Positions 1 to 9,700 of a stretch of DNA of 64,000 nucleotides are shown in pieces. Within the stretch, counting starts at the first letter, position 1. Every line of letters starts with the position of its first letter. The translations under genes and the position numbers were made by a program. The notes below the pieces were generated by a model. That model had not been told where the DNA came from and made no database searches. It saw nothing but the letters and a program-made list of their open reading frames with translations. The stretch covers positions 1,792,333 through 1,856,332 of the forward strand of contig CAWGHO010000003.1 in assembly GCA_963822445.1 (NCBI GenBank), in the 5' to 3' direction. The stretch is from an uncultured Acidobacteriota bacterium (lineage in GTDB: Bacteria > Acidobacteriota > Thermoanaerobaculia > Gp7-AA8).

Positions 1-38
1 TGTGCTTCGGCGCGGCGGTTTCCGCTGTCCTGGCGCTG

Positions 39-353
39 GTGACCGCGATCCGGGGGCCGCGTCACGGTTCGAGACGTTCAACGGTGATGACGGTGTTCGC
101 CCTCGCGGCTGCAGCGGGCGTCAGCATCTGGTTCGCTCCATTCGTCCTCGGCGGCCGCTATGACCTGCTGCTCCTGCAGCGGGTGTTCTTCGGCAGCATC
201 GCGTTGCTGATCGCGATCATCGTGTTGCTCCTGATCGGAACGTGGCGGCACCCGCCCGCACCTCTCGCCGTTGCGGCGATCAACCTCGTCGTGTGCATCG
301 CGGCGTGGCAGCAGATCGAGGTCTACCGGCGTATCGCGATGACCGGTTTTTAA
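39..353 (+). CDS. hypothetical small membrane protein (2-3 predicted TM helices)
   Basis: ORF with hydrophobic stretches (VFALAAAAGVSIWFAPFVLGG; IALLIAIIVLLLIGTW); ends just before convergent tsaA; no recognisable motif. Confidence 0.35.
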   Translation: MTAIRGPRHGSRRSTVMTVFALAAAAGVSIWFAPFVLGGRYDLLLLQRVFFGSIALLIAIIVLLLIGTWRHPPAPLAVAAINLVVCIAAWQQIEVYRRIAMTGF

Positions 354-798
354 CGCTCGGTCGCGTCCAGCCAGCCGCGTCTGAGCTCTTCGGCCGGCAC
401 GCCCGACAGATACGGCTTGATGTCGAGCACGGGCGTCCCGTCGAGCATGTCCACGCCGCGCACGCGCAAACGCGAGCCGTCGCGACCCAGCAAGCGGACG
501 ACCGTAAGACCGATGGGGTTCGGACGGCGTGGCGAGCGCGTGGCGAACAGGCCATGCGGGAGCGGCTCGCCCGGCGGTGTGGTGAGCAGGTCGTATCCCT
601 CCGCGGAGCGATCGAACATCCAGATCACGAAGAGATGGGAGAACCCTTCGATGTCAGTGAGCCCTTCTTCGAGCTCCGGCAGGATCTCGATCGAGCCTTC
701 CTCGGTGTGGCTGGCGCCCCGCCCTTTCGGAATCTGCGAGGTGGATGTGTAGCCGCAACGAATGACGCCGATCGGTCGCATGGTGATTTCGTTGTTCA
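350..798 (-). CDS. tsaA: tRNA (N6-threonylcarbamoyladenosine) methyltransferase TsaA/YaeB family
   Basis: MRPIGVIRCGY...PRQ-type N-terminus, PNPIGLTVVRLLGRDGSRLRVRGVDMLDGTPVLDIKPY is the TsaA/YaeB (UPF0066) signature. Start chosen at the ATG at 798 (MNNEITMRPIG), which has GAGG/GAGAG immediately upstream; the ORF extends to 838. Confidence 0.75.
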
Positions 799-844
799 TC
801 TCTCTGTGTCCTCTGTGCCCCGCGAAGCTATCATTCACCGCTCG

Positions 845-2395
845 ATGCGCATGCGCGATCAGGTCGCCCGCGTTCTCGAGGCGCGGACCGGCACTCTCGA
901 AGAAACGCCGTACGCCGTCCTCCTGGTCGCGCTCGCCGCGAGCGGCGCCGACGCCGTCCTCGAGCTTCGCCGCAACGTCCTCCAGAAGACGGTCATCTTC
1001 GACGCCGGCGCGCCCGTCGATTGCCGCTCCAACATCGCCACGGAGATCCTCGGCCGCTTCCTCGTCACCGCCGGCAAAGTGAGCGAGGCCGACGCCACCG
1101 CCGCGTTCGCCGTTGCCGCATCGCGCGGTGTGCCGCTCGGCGAGATCCTCATCGAGCGCAAGCTCCTCACGCCCACCGAGCTCTATCGCGCGCTCCAGCA
1201 GAACCTCGGCCGCAAGCTGCTCGAGCCCTTCAGCTGGACCGACGGCACCTGGTCCATCGCCGACAATCCCCTGCCGCTCGCGTCTTCTCTTCGGGTGAAG
1301 GTCCCGCAGTTACTGGTCACGGGCATTCAGAAAGTCGAGCCGCAGGAGAACGCGGACGAAGCGGCCGCGGGCGCGGAAGGCCTCCATCTCGCCATCACGC
1401 CCGATCCGCTTTTCGAGCTCGATGAGCTTCGCCTCAGCGCGGCGCAGCAGAAGGTCGTCGACGCCGCGCGCAATGCCTGGAAGCTCGACCAACTCCGCGC
1501 CACTCCGGGCATCGACACGGACGAGATGAATCGCACGCTGTACGCGCTGCTCCTCCTCGGGATCGTCGAGCCGACCGTGCAGCCTCGTCGCGAAGCGCCG
1601 CGATTCGAGATGGCGAATCCGTTCGCGTCCGCGGAGGAGGAGACGCCGATCGAGGTCTCGCTCGCTACGATCGAACCTGAGGCCGAGCCTGAGCCCGAGC
1701 CGGAGCCTGCTCCGCCCGCGCACGCATCCGCCGAAGAGGTCGTGTCGGCCTACCTCTCCTTCCGCCGCAAAGACGCCTTCGATCTGCTCGGGGTCGAGGA
1801 GACCGCGGGGCCGGTGCCGATCATCAAGGCGTACCTGGCCATGGTCGAGCGCTTCCTCCCCTCGCGCTTTCCGGAGAAGACGCCGGACGGTCTGCGCGAT
1901 AAAGCGCAGGAAGTTTTCCTCGCCGCCGCGCGCGCGTACGCGGAGCTCGCCGATCCCGCGCGGCGCGAGGCGCTCGTGAAGAAACGGGCGAAGCTGCGCG
2001 AGGAAGCGGAAGCCGCGGCGAAAGCCGGACCGGCGGCGATGATCGATCCCGAAGTGCTCTGGAAGAGCGGCGTGAACCTCGCCGCCGGCGGCAAACTGCG
2101 CGAGGCCCTCGGTTCGTTCGAGCTCGCCGCGCAGTGCGATGCGCAGAACGGAACGTATGCCGCCGAGGTGGCGTGGTGCCGTTATCGGTTGGGGAACACG
2201 CCGGCCGCGAATGCGATCAAGCTGGTGAAGAACGCGCTGCGCATCGATCCCAACGCCGGCGTCGCCTACCTCTACGCCGGCCAGCTCCAGGCAGTCCTCG
2301 GCAAGACCGTCGAGGCCCAGGGTTACCTGCAGCGCGCGGCGAGCCTGCTGCCGGACGATCCGCGTCCGATCGAAGCGGCGAAACGGGTGCGCTAG
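845..2395 (+). CDS. multidomain protein: two T2SS-E N-terminal (GspE-N/MshEN)-like domains, a J-domain-like segment, and C-terminal TPR repeats
   Basis: VPLGEILIERKLLTPTELYRALQQNLGRKLLEPFSW is typical of the GspE N-terminal domain; YLSFRRKDAFDLLGVEETAG...IKAYLAMVERFLPSRF resembles a DnaJ J-domain; TPR-like C-terminus. The ORF extends upstream to 242 but that part is antisense to tsaA, so the start was set at the first ATG after tsaA. Confidence 0.55.
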   Translation: MRMRDQVARVLEARTGTLEETPYAVLLVALAASGADAVLELRRNVLQKTVIFDAGAPVDCRSNIATEILGRFLVTAGKVSEADATAAFAVAASRGVPLGEILIERKLLTPTELYRALQQNLGRKLLEPFSWTDGTWSIADNPLPLASSLRVKVPQLLVTGIQKVEPQENADEAAAGAEGLHLAITPDPLFELDELRLSAAQQKVVDAARNAWKLDQLRATPGIDTDEMNRTLYALLLLGIVEPTVQPRREAPRFEMANPFASAEEETPIEVSLATIEPEAEPEPEPEPAPPAHASAEEVVSAYLSFRRKDAFDLLGVEETAGPVPIIKAYLAMVERFLPSRFPEKTPDGLRDKAQEVFLAAARAYAELADPARREALVKKRAKLREEAEAAAKAGPAAMIDPEVLWKSGVNLAAGGKLREALGSFELAAQCDAQNGTYAAEVAWCRYRLGNTPAANAIKLVKNALRIDPNAGVAYLYAGQLQAVLGKTVEAQGYLQRAASLLPDDPRPIEAAKRVR

Positions 2396-2536
2396 CAATC
2401 GGCGCGGCAGAGATCGCGCCTCAGGGGACCCGCGCGTGCACTCTGCGGAGCGACCAACGCTGCCGGGCGTCCCGGCTTGCCCCGCGCGCTCTTTGCATGT
2501 AAAAAGCGCGCGCGTAACTAGGAGCTGAAGAATCCA

Positions 2537-3919
2537 ATGGCCCAAGACGTACTGATGCCCCAGATGGGTGAGTCCATCGCCGAAGGAACCGTGTCGAAAT
2601 GGCTGAAGAAAGTCGGCGACACGGTCGAGCGCGATGAGCCGCTGCTCGAGATCTCTACCGACAAAGTCGACGCGGAGATCCCCTCGCCCGCTGCCGGCGT
2701 CCTCACCGAGATCCTGGCGAAGGAAGGCGACACCGTTCCGGTGAACGCCGTCGTCGCCCGAATCGGCGGCGCCGGTGAAAAAGCCGCGGAGGCTCCTGCC
2801 GCGCCCGAGCCAAAACCGGAAGACAAGACCGTCGAAAGACCCGTGCCGCCACCGGAGACGAACGACCAGCCCGCCGCGGAAGCGCCGCAGGCCACCGAGT
2901 CGACGCCGCGCGTGGAAAGCACGCGCACACCGGAACCGGCCGCTCGCGAAGCGGATGACGCCGAAGTCACGTCGCTCGATGAGCGACGCCGCACGAAGTC
3001 CTCGCCTCTCGTTCGCAAGATCGCCCAGGAAAACAACGTCGACATCTCCCAGATCCCCGGCACCGGCGTCTCCGGCCGCGTGACGAAGAACGACATCCTC
3101 GATTTCATCCAGCAGCCGAAACCCGCCGCGGCCGCCGCATCAGCGCCTGCTGCCGCTCCGCGTCAGGCCGAAGCGCCCGCACCGCAGGCTCGTGCGGCCG
3201 GTCCGCAGTTCGGCGAAGGCGAGAACGTCCGCCTCGAACCGCTCTCGGTCATGCGCAAGCGCATCGCGCATCACATGACCCAGTCGAAGCAGACCTCCGC
3301 CCACGTGCACACCGTGTTCGAGGTCGACTTCACCAACATCGACAAGCTCCGCCGCCGGCACAAAGACGCCTACGGCGAGCGCGGCGTGAAGCTCACCTTC
3401 ATGCCGTTCGTCGTCCAGGCCGTCATCGCCGGACTGCGCGAGTTTCCGATCCTCAACGCGTCGATGGACGAGTCCAACGTCATCTATCACCGCGAGCACA
3501 ACATCGGCATCGCCGTGGCCCTCGACTGGGGCCTGATCGTTCCCGTGCTCAAACATGCCGACGAGCTGAACGTCCTCGGCGCCGCCCGCGCCATTAACGA
3601 CCTCGGCGACCGTGCCCGCCAGAAAAAACTCTCCCCCGACGACGTGCAGGGCGGAACGTTCACCATCACCAACCCCGGCGTGTTCGGCGGTCTGTTCGGA
3701 CTGCCGATCATCAATCAGCCCCAGGTCGCGATCCTCGGCGTCGGCGGCATCAAGAAACGTCCGGTGGTGATCGAGAGCAAGGACGGCGACTCGATCGCCA
3801 TCCGCTCGATGTGCTACCTCTCGCTCGGGTTCGATCACCGCCTGATCGACGGCGCGGTCGCGGATCAGTTCATGGCGAGGGTGAAGCAGATCATCGAGGC
3901 CGGGCAGTTCACGATGTAA
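2537..3919 (+). CDS. dihydrolipoamide acyltransferase (E2 component of a 2-oxo-acid dehydrogenase complex), single lipoyl domain
   Basis: Lipoyl domain (MPQMGESIAEGTVSKWLKKVGDTVERDEPLLEISTDKVDAEIPSP), Ala/Pro-rich linker, E3-binding segment, catalytic domain with the DHRLIDGA motif; AGGAG RBS about 8 nt upstream of the ATG. Confidence 0.9.
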   Translation: MAQDVLMPQMGESIAEGTVSKWLKKVGDTVERDEPLLEISTDKVDAEIPSPAAGVLTEILAKEGDTVPVNAVVARIGGAGEKAAEAPAAPEPKPEDKTVERPVPPPETNDQPAAEAPQATESTPRVESTRTPEPAAREADDAEVTSLDERRRTKSSPLVRKIAQENNVDISQIPGTGVSGRVTKNDILDFIQQPKPAAAAASAPAAAPRQAEAPAPQARAAGPQFGEGENVRLEPLSVMRKRIAHHMTQSKQTSAHVHTVFEVDFTNIDKLRRRHKDAYGERGVKLTFMPFVVQAVIAGLREFPILNASMDESNVIYHREHNIGIAVALDWGLIVPVLKHADELNVLGAARAINDLGDRARQKKLSPDDVQGGTFTITNPGVFGGLFGLPIINQPQVAILGVGGIKKRPVVIESKDGDSIAIRSMCYLSLGFDHRLIDGAVADQFMARVKQIIEAGQFTM

Positions 3920-6719
3920 CGCCGGCCGCAGGCACCGTCCGTGCGGCCACCGGCACCGAATACAGCGTCGCCACCTTGTCCGAATCCGGCTCGAGCAGTT
4001 CCGGATAACGGATGCCGTGCAGCACCTGCACGTCGAAGATCTCCTGCACCGATCCTTCGAACTTCAGGAAGGCCACGATGTTCCCGCTGCGGACGTCGAT
4101 CACCCACACACCGCATGCGCGATCGGACGGCGCGAGCCGTTTCGCCAGCGGGATGCCTTCGAACACGCTCTCGCGGACCTGCGAGAGCCCGACGAATGCG
4201 TACGGACCAGCGAACGCAAGGCCGCGCGTGAATCCCGGAAGCTCCGCGACGACGTGACCGCGGCCTTCAGCGAGATCGACAGTCGACAGCGTTCCTTTTC
4301 CCGATTCCAGAATCCACATCCGTCCCGCGTACCAGCGCGGCGAGTGCGGCATCGAGAGGCCGGTGAGGACGACCGATCCCGAATCGATCTCCATCAGCAC
4401 GCCGCCGCTGGCTTTCTTCTCGCGCCAGCCGTCGCGCTGATCGGAGATGCCGAGGGCTGTGACGAAGCGGGGGCGGCCGTCGATCATTGCCAATCCGTTG
4501 AGGTGACAACGATCCTCGGCCGCGAGTGCCGTGATGAACGAAGGCCGCCAGCGCGGCACGAAACTGTGCGCGCCGTCGAGCGTGCACAACGTCGAGAAGC
4601 GCGTGTTGACCAGCCACAGCTCGCCGGCCGAGTCGTACGCGATCTCGTGAATGCGGATGTCGCCGGTGATGTGCGTGCCGCGCGGCGCGAAACAGGCGTC
4701 GTGTTTTCCCGCCGGCTCGAGCTTCGACGCGAACGTTCCGGCGTTGCGATACGTGACCACTTGTCGCGCCGTGCCGATCGACAGCGTCTCCGGTCCGACG
4801 GCCATCCCCATCGGACTCGGCGCCGCGACCAGATGCGTGTTCAGCACTCCGCCATCCGCGCGCACCACCACCACCCGCCCGCTCTGGTATGTCGAGACCA
4901 GCAGCGATGCGCCGAGGCTGGAGAGGATTTCCGGGAAGGAGCTCGTGTGGATGCTGCGGAAGGAGATCTCGCTCTTCGGTTCTTCGGGAGGAGGCAGTGC
5001 CGGAACGAGGCGCACGCGCTGCAACGGCTCGCGCGCGAAGACATCGCGGGCGCGATCGGCCGTTTCGCGAACGCGATCGAACACCGCGTCGATCTCCGGA
5101 CCGTTGCGCTCCAGCTTCTGGATGCCCGGCGGCGTGAGCGTGTGCTTCGAAAGCGGCAGCGGCGCGGTAAGCGGCGTGTCCCAGCCGAATCCCACGAACG
5201 TGCAGAGCCGCTCGATCTCCTTCTGCGGATCGGCGACGAGCCGGTCGTAGCTGGCGACGCACCATGAGTCAGCCGGCAGCGCTTCAAGGTCGTCGAGCAT
5301 GATCCGCGTGGCCGTCTCCCACTGATGGGCGACCACTTCGTTCAGCGGCTGCTCGACGACGTCCCTCCAACCGGGAACGAGCAGCAGCGACCACTTCTGC
5401 GCGGGATACGTGACGAAGCGGCCCGACCGCCAGGCGTCCAGCATGCTGCTGATCGTGGCCCGCGGATCGCGATAGAGATAGATGAAGAACGCGTCGGGAA
5501 ACACGGCTTTGAGAAACGGAATGCGCAGCGCGTTCTTGGGCGTCTTCTCGAGCATGCGCACGCGGTCCGGTAGGCGCATGTCCCCTTTGCGATCGCGCAA
5601 TGAGTCGAGAAAGCGGCGCTCCAGCTTGGCGATGACTTCCGGCGTCGCATCAGCGGCCGTGAGACGGTTCGACTCCCACTCCTTCGCCGCGGGATGGAGT
5701 GCCTCGATGCCTTCGATGATGCCGTGACTCTCGCCGCCCGGCGAGAACACGCGCGGCGCCCGGGCCAGCGTTTCGAACAGCAGACTCGATCCCGACCGCG
5801 GCGAGGAGACGATGAAAACGGGCCTGTCAAAACGCCGCAAGGCGACGTGCGGCGCCGCCGCGGGCTCGGGCTCGGCCAGATCAGGATTCAACGCCGCGTG
5901 CACGAACATGTGCCGGGCGATCGTCGCCGCACGCGCATTGCCGCTCGCCGAAAGGGCGCGATCGAATTCATCCAGCAGCGCCCGATACTTCGGCCACCCG
6001 CTCTTCCCCTCACCGTGCGCATGCCAGACCTGACGCCAGTCGTCGAGAAAACGGTCGACTTCCGCGCGCAACGCACCGTCGAGCAGCGGAACGAGCGAGG
6101 CTTGCTCGTCAGGGGACATGACTACCGGATGATTGCGAGACTCAAACTCGACCTCGGAACCCCGCAACCCCGAAACCCCGTCCCCCTCCACCATCCCCCA
6201 GAACTCCGGCGACCCCTTCGTATCGATCACCAGATGAATCCGCCGTGTCGGATTCGGATTGATCACGTTGTGCGTCTTCGACGTGTCGAAGATCCACGTT
6301 TCGCCCGCGGTCATGTGCAGCTCTTTGTCGCCGCAGAGGAAGCGCACCGCCGGATCGGTGATGACCGGCACGTGCACGCGCGCGCGCTGCGTCCAGTAGT
6401 AATTCATGTCCATGTGCGGCGTGGCCTCGGCATTTCCGTCGATGCGCATCAGCCGCGTGCGGCCGATCGGCGCGCGAAGCGACGCGAGCACTTCCTGGAT
6501 GTACGGACAGCGCGCGAGATGGGGCGTGGGATGCATCGCCCCCTTCACGCCGTCGTTCGACGGATCGCCACCGACGCTCACCAGCGGCAGCGCCCAGTTC
6601 CCGCGATGCCCCTCGGGATGCGGACGCCAGTCAGCCTCTTCGAACTGCGCGACCTCCATCGCCAGACGCGCGGCGTCGAAGGTCAGCGGAAGGCGAATGA
6701 ACTCAGTCGGGAGACGCAA
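3909..6719 (-). CDS. three-domain fusion: aspartyl/asparaginyl beta-hydroxylase-like (cupin), sulfotransferase, and an uncharacterised ~400-aa C-terminal domain (TIGR03032-like; beta-propeller-like)
   Basis: N-terminus HMDMNYYWTQ...HVPVITDP...TWIFDTSKTHNVIN resembles the Asp/Asn beta-hydroxylase family; middle FIVSSPRSGSSLLFETLA ... RDPRATISSMLDAW are PAPS-binding sulfotransferase motifs; the C-terminus (ILSSLGASLLVSTYQSGRVVVVRADGG...) looks like a conserved hypothetical family I recall co-occurring with sulfotransferases (tentative). Confidence 0.7.
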   Translation of the reverse strand: MRLPTEFIRLPLTFDAARLAMEVAQFEEADWRPHPEGHRGNWALPLVSVGGDPSNDGVKGAMHPTPHLARCPYIQEVLASLRAPIGRTRLMRIDGNAEATPHMDMNYYWTQRARVHVPVITDPAVRFLCGDKELHMTAGETWIFDTSKTHNVINPNPTRRIHLVIDTKGSPEFWGMVEGDGVSGLRGSEVEFESRNHPVVMSPDEQASLVPLLDGALRAEVDRFLDDWRQVWHAHGEGKSGWPKYRALLDEFDRALSASGNARAATIARHMFVHAALNPDLAEPEPAAAPHVALRRFDRPVFIVSSPRSGSSLLFETLARAPRVFSPGGESHGIIEGIEALHPAAKEWESNRLTAADATPEVIAKLERRFLDSLRDRKGDMRLPDRVRMLEKTPKNALRIPFLKAVFPDAFFIYLYRDPRATISSMLDAWRSGRFVTYPAQKWSLLLVPGWRDVVEQPLNEVVAHQWETATRIMLDDLEALPADSWCVASYDRLVADPQKEIERLCTFVGFGWDTPLTAPLPLSKHTLTPPGIQKLERNGPEIDAVFDRVRETADRARDVFAREPLQRVRLVPALPPPEEPKSEISFRSIHTSSFPEILSSLGASLLVSTYQSGRVVVVRADGGVLNTHLVAAPSPMGMAVGPETLSIGTARQVVTYRNAGTFASKLEPAGKHDACFAPRGTHITGDIRIHEIAYDSAGELWLVNTRFSTLCTLDGAHSFVPRWRPSFITALAAEDRCHLNGLAMIDGRPRFVTALGISDQRDGWREKKASGGVLMEIDSGSVVLTGLSMPHSPRWYAGRMWILESGKGTLSTVDLAEGRGHVVAELPGFTRGLAFAGPYAFVGLSQVRESVFEGIPLAKRLAPSDRACGVWVIDVRSGNIVAFLKFEGSVQEIFDVQVLHGIRYPELLEPDSDKVATLYSVPVAARTVPAAGVTS

Positions 6720-6782
6720 GCGGCTTATACTCGCACGAGTCTTCGCTCCAAAAAATCCGGCTTCGCGCTAAGAGGTAAATGT

Positions 6783-9700
6783 ATGCAAAAGCGGAAGAAA
6801 ATCGCCACGGGAGCGGCATTGGCGATGGGCGCGGTCCTCGCGCCGGAGGCGGTCGAAGCTGCAGTGATCACCGTCAACAGCACTGCCGATACCGCGGCGG
6901 TCGACGCGCAGTGCACTCTGCGCGAGGCCATCACCAACGCCAACGCCAACGCGGCAACCGAAGTCGATTGCGCGGCCGGCACGGGCCTCGACACGATCGA
7001 CTTCGCGCTCACCCTTCCGGCCACGATCACGCTGTCGGGCACTTCCCTGTCGATCGTCGATCCGCTGATCATCGACGGCCCCGGCCAGACCGATCTCACC
7101 ATCGACGCGAACGACGCCTCCCGGATCTTCGAGATTGCGGACGGCGACTCCGGCACGTCGATGACGGTCGAGATCAACGACCTCACGCTTGCCAACGGCA
7201 ACGACGCCACCGAATCGTTTCCCGGTGGCGGCGCGATCCTCAGCGCCGAAACTCTCGTCATCACCAACGTGACCTTTTCGGGCAACGACGGTGCTGCCGG
7301 CGGTGCGATCTATCTGTACTCCCCCTCGAATCCGAACCTGACCGTGACCGGCTCGACCTTCACCGGAAACACTTCGGCTGCCGACGGCGGCGCGATCCTG
7401 GCGGTGGGCGGCGACGTCACGATCACCGGCTCCACACTGACGCTCAACACCGCCCTCTGCTGCGGCGGCGCGATCAAAAAGATCGAAGGGGCCTTCACCC
7501 TCACCGATTCGACCGTCACCGGGAACTCCGCGACCATCGGCGGCGGCATCGCGCTGTACTACACGGACACGACGACCATCACCAACTCCACCATCAGCGG
7601 CAACGAGGCGCTCCTTTCCGGCGGCGGTCTCTATTTCTATGGGCCGGCCGGGCTGGTCACCATCGAGGATTCGGTCATCAGCGCGAACGAGGCGGCCTAC
7701 GGCGGCGGCGTTTGGCTTTCGTATGCGGGCGAGAGCCCGGTCGTCATCCGCGACACCGAGATCAGCGGCAATACCGCCACTGATTCGGCCGGCGGCTTGT
7801 ACCTCTACGACGTCGACGACGTCACCCTCGAACGGGTCCGCCTGATCAACAACACCGCCGACGCGTACGACGGCGGCGGAGCGCTCTGGGATGCCAAAGT
7901 CACCATCATCGAGTCGCAGATCAGCGGCAATCAGGCGCCGATCGTCGGCGGGTTGTACGTGGCTTATGGCAGCTACCTGTATCTGATCAACTCCACGGTC
8001 GCGAACAACACCGCCAGTACCGGTTCGGTCGGCGGTCTCGGAATCAACTTTTCCTTCGCGGCCATCGACGTCTCGACCATCTCCGGCAACAGCGCACCAG
8101 CCGGCGCCGCCGGAAACATCTTCAGCTACGGCTCAGGTCTGTACATCACCAACTCCATCGTCGCCAACGGAATCGCGTTAGCGGGGCCCGACCTCGTGAC
8201 CGCGACGTCGACCGTCGAGATCAACTACTCGCTGATCGAGGACACCGCCGGCGCCTCGTTCACCGGCTCGAACAACATCACCGGCGTCGATCCGCAACTT
8301 GGACCGCTGCAGAACAACGGCGGGCCGACCGAGACCGTGAAGCCGGCGCCGGCGAGCCCCGTCGTGAACGCGGGCGATCCCCTGTACACCACGCCGCCCA
8401 ACGACCAGCGCGGCTTCCCCCGGCCGGTCGGCATCGTCGACATGGGCGCGGTGGAGCTCAGTCCCGGTGTCCTCGACATCTCCGCGGCGAATGCCGTCGG
8501 AGAAGGCGCGGGCTTCATCACCATCACCGTGACCCGCACCGGCGGATCGGACGGCGCGGCCTCGGTGAACTACACGACCAACAGCGGCACCGCCACCTCC
8601 GGCGCCGACTTCACCGCGACCGCGGGCACGCTGAACTGGGCCGACGGAGACGCGGCGCCGAAGTCGTTCAACGTCAACATCACCGACGACCTCATCTTCG
8701 AGGGCAACGAGCAATTCACGGTCACCCTGAGCGGCGCGACCGTCGCGACGCTCGGCGCGGACACGGCGCTCATCACCATCACCGACAACGACGCCGCACC
8801 GACGATCTCCATCAACGACACCGGCAATACCGAGGGCTCGAACGTCGTCTTCAACGTCACCCTCTCCAATCCGACCACGCAGACGGTGACGGTCGACTTC
8901 GCGACCGCCGGCGTCACGGCCGCGTCGGGCGTCGACTTCACGGCGAACAGCGGCACGATCACCTTCAACCCGCTCGTCACCAGCCAGCCGATCACCATCG
9001 TCACCACGCAGGACGCGATCGACGAGCCGAACGAGACCTTCAACGTCGTGCTGACCAATCCCAACGCCAACGCGACGATCTTCGACGGCACCGGCGTCGG
9101 CACGATCACCGACGACGATCCCACGCCGACGATCTCCATCAACGACGCCGGGCAGACCGAGGGGACGAATATCGTTTTCCAGGTCACGTTGTCGGGGGCG
9201 AGCTCGGAGACGATCACCGTCGACTTCGCGACCGCCGCCGTCACCGCAACGTCAGGGACCGATTTCACCGCGAACAGCGGCACCATCACCTTCACTCCGG
9301 GCGATACGAGCGAGCAGATCACGGTTGTCACCGCGCAGGACGCGGTCGACGAGGCCAACGAGACCTTCAACGTCAACCTCACCAATCCCAGCGCCGGCGC
9401 AACGATTCTCGACGGTACGGGCGTGGGAACGATTGGCGATGACGATCCGTCGCCGACGATCTCCATCGGCGATTCGGGGGCCCTCGAGGGTGCGAACGTC
9501 GTGTTCAACGTCACGCTGTCCGCGCCGACCGAGCAGGTCGTCACCGTCGACTTCGCGACAGCCGGCAACACCGCGACGTCGGGCGTCGACTTCACGCCGA
9601 ACAGCGGCACGCTGACCTTCAACCCGCTCGTCACCAGTCAACAGATCACCGTCGCGACCAGTCCGGACGGGTTCGACGAGCCGAACGAGACCTTCAACGT

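Noticed and set aside
242-844. Upstream extension of the GspE-N/J-domain protein ORF, and the +2-frame ORF 417..752
   Set aside because: Antisense to the well-supported tsaA gene.
2396-2536. Possible riboswitch or leader upstream of the E2 gene (palindrome CGCGCGCTCTTT-gcatgt-AAAAAGCGCGCGCG)
   Set aside because: No match to any riboswitch consensus I know. More likely a simple hairpin/operator or the terminator of the upstream gene, so it is kept only as a note.
1310-2545. 411-aa minus-strand ORF, plus other long antisense ORFs throughout the window. Examples: 4017..5267 +, 4267..5265 -, 9252..10379 -, 12690..14975 -, 15482..16930 -, 26358..28421 -, 30928..32412 +, 35803..36870 +, 37789..39135 +, 40520..41365 -, 41639..43021 -, 50929..52557 -, 51180..52604 +, 54563..56266 -, 60452..61942 +, 62096..63529 +
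   Set aside because: All lie antisense to or out of frame with genes that carry clear conserved motifs. Their translations are Arg/Ala/Gly/Pro-rich low-complexity sequence, as expected from GC-rich DNA that lacks stop codons, and none shows a recognisable motif.
5694-6782. N-terminal 363 codons of the 1625-aa ORF 5694..10571
   Set aside because: This part is antisense to the hydroxylase-sulfotransferase gene and Arg-rich. A signal peptide with an AAGAGG RBS begins at 6783, which is taken as the true start.
6779-7783. 334-aa ORF in an alternative frame at the start of the giant gene
   Set aside because: Out of frame with the beta-helix protein, which has clear domain repeats; the translation is Arg/His-rich junk.
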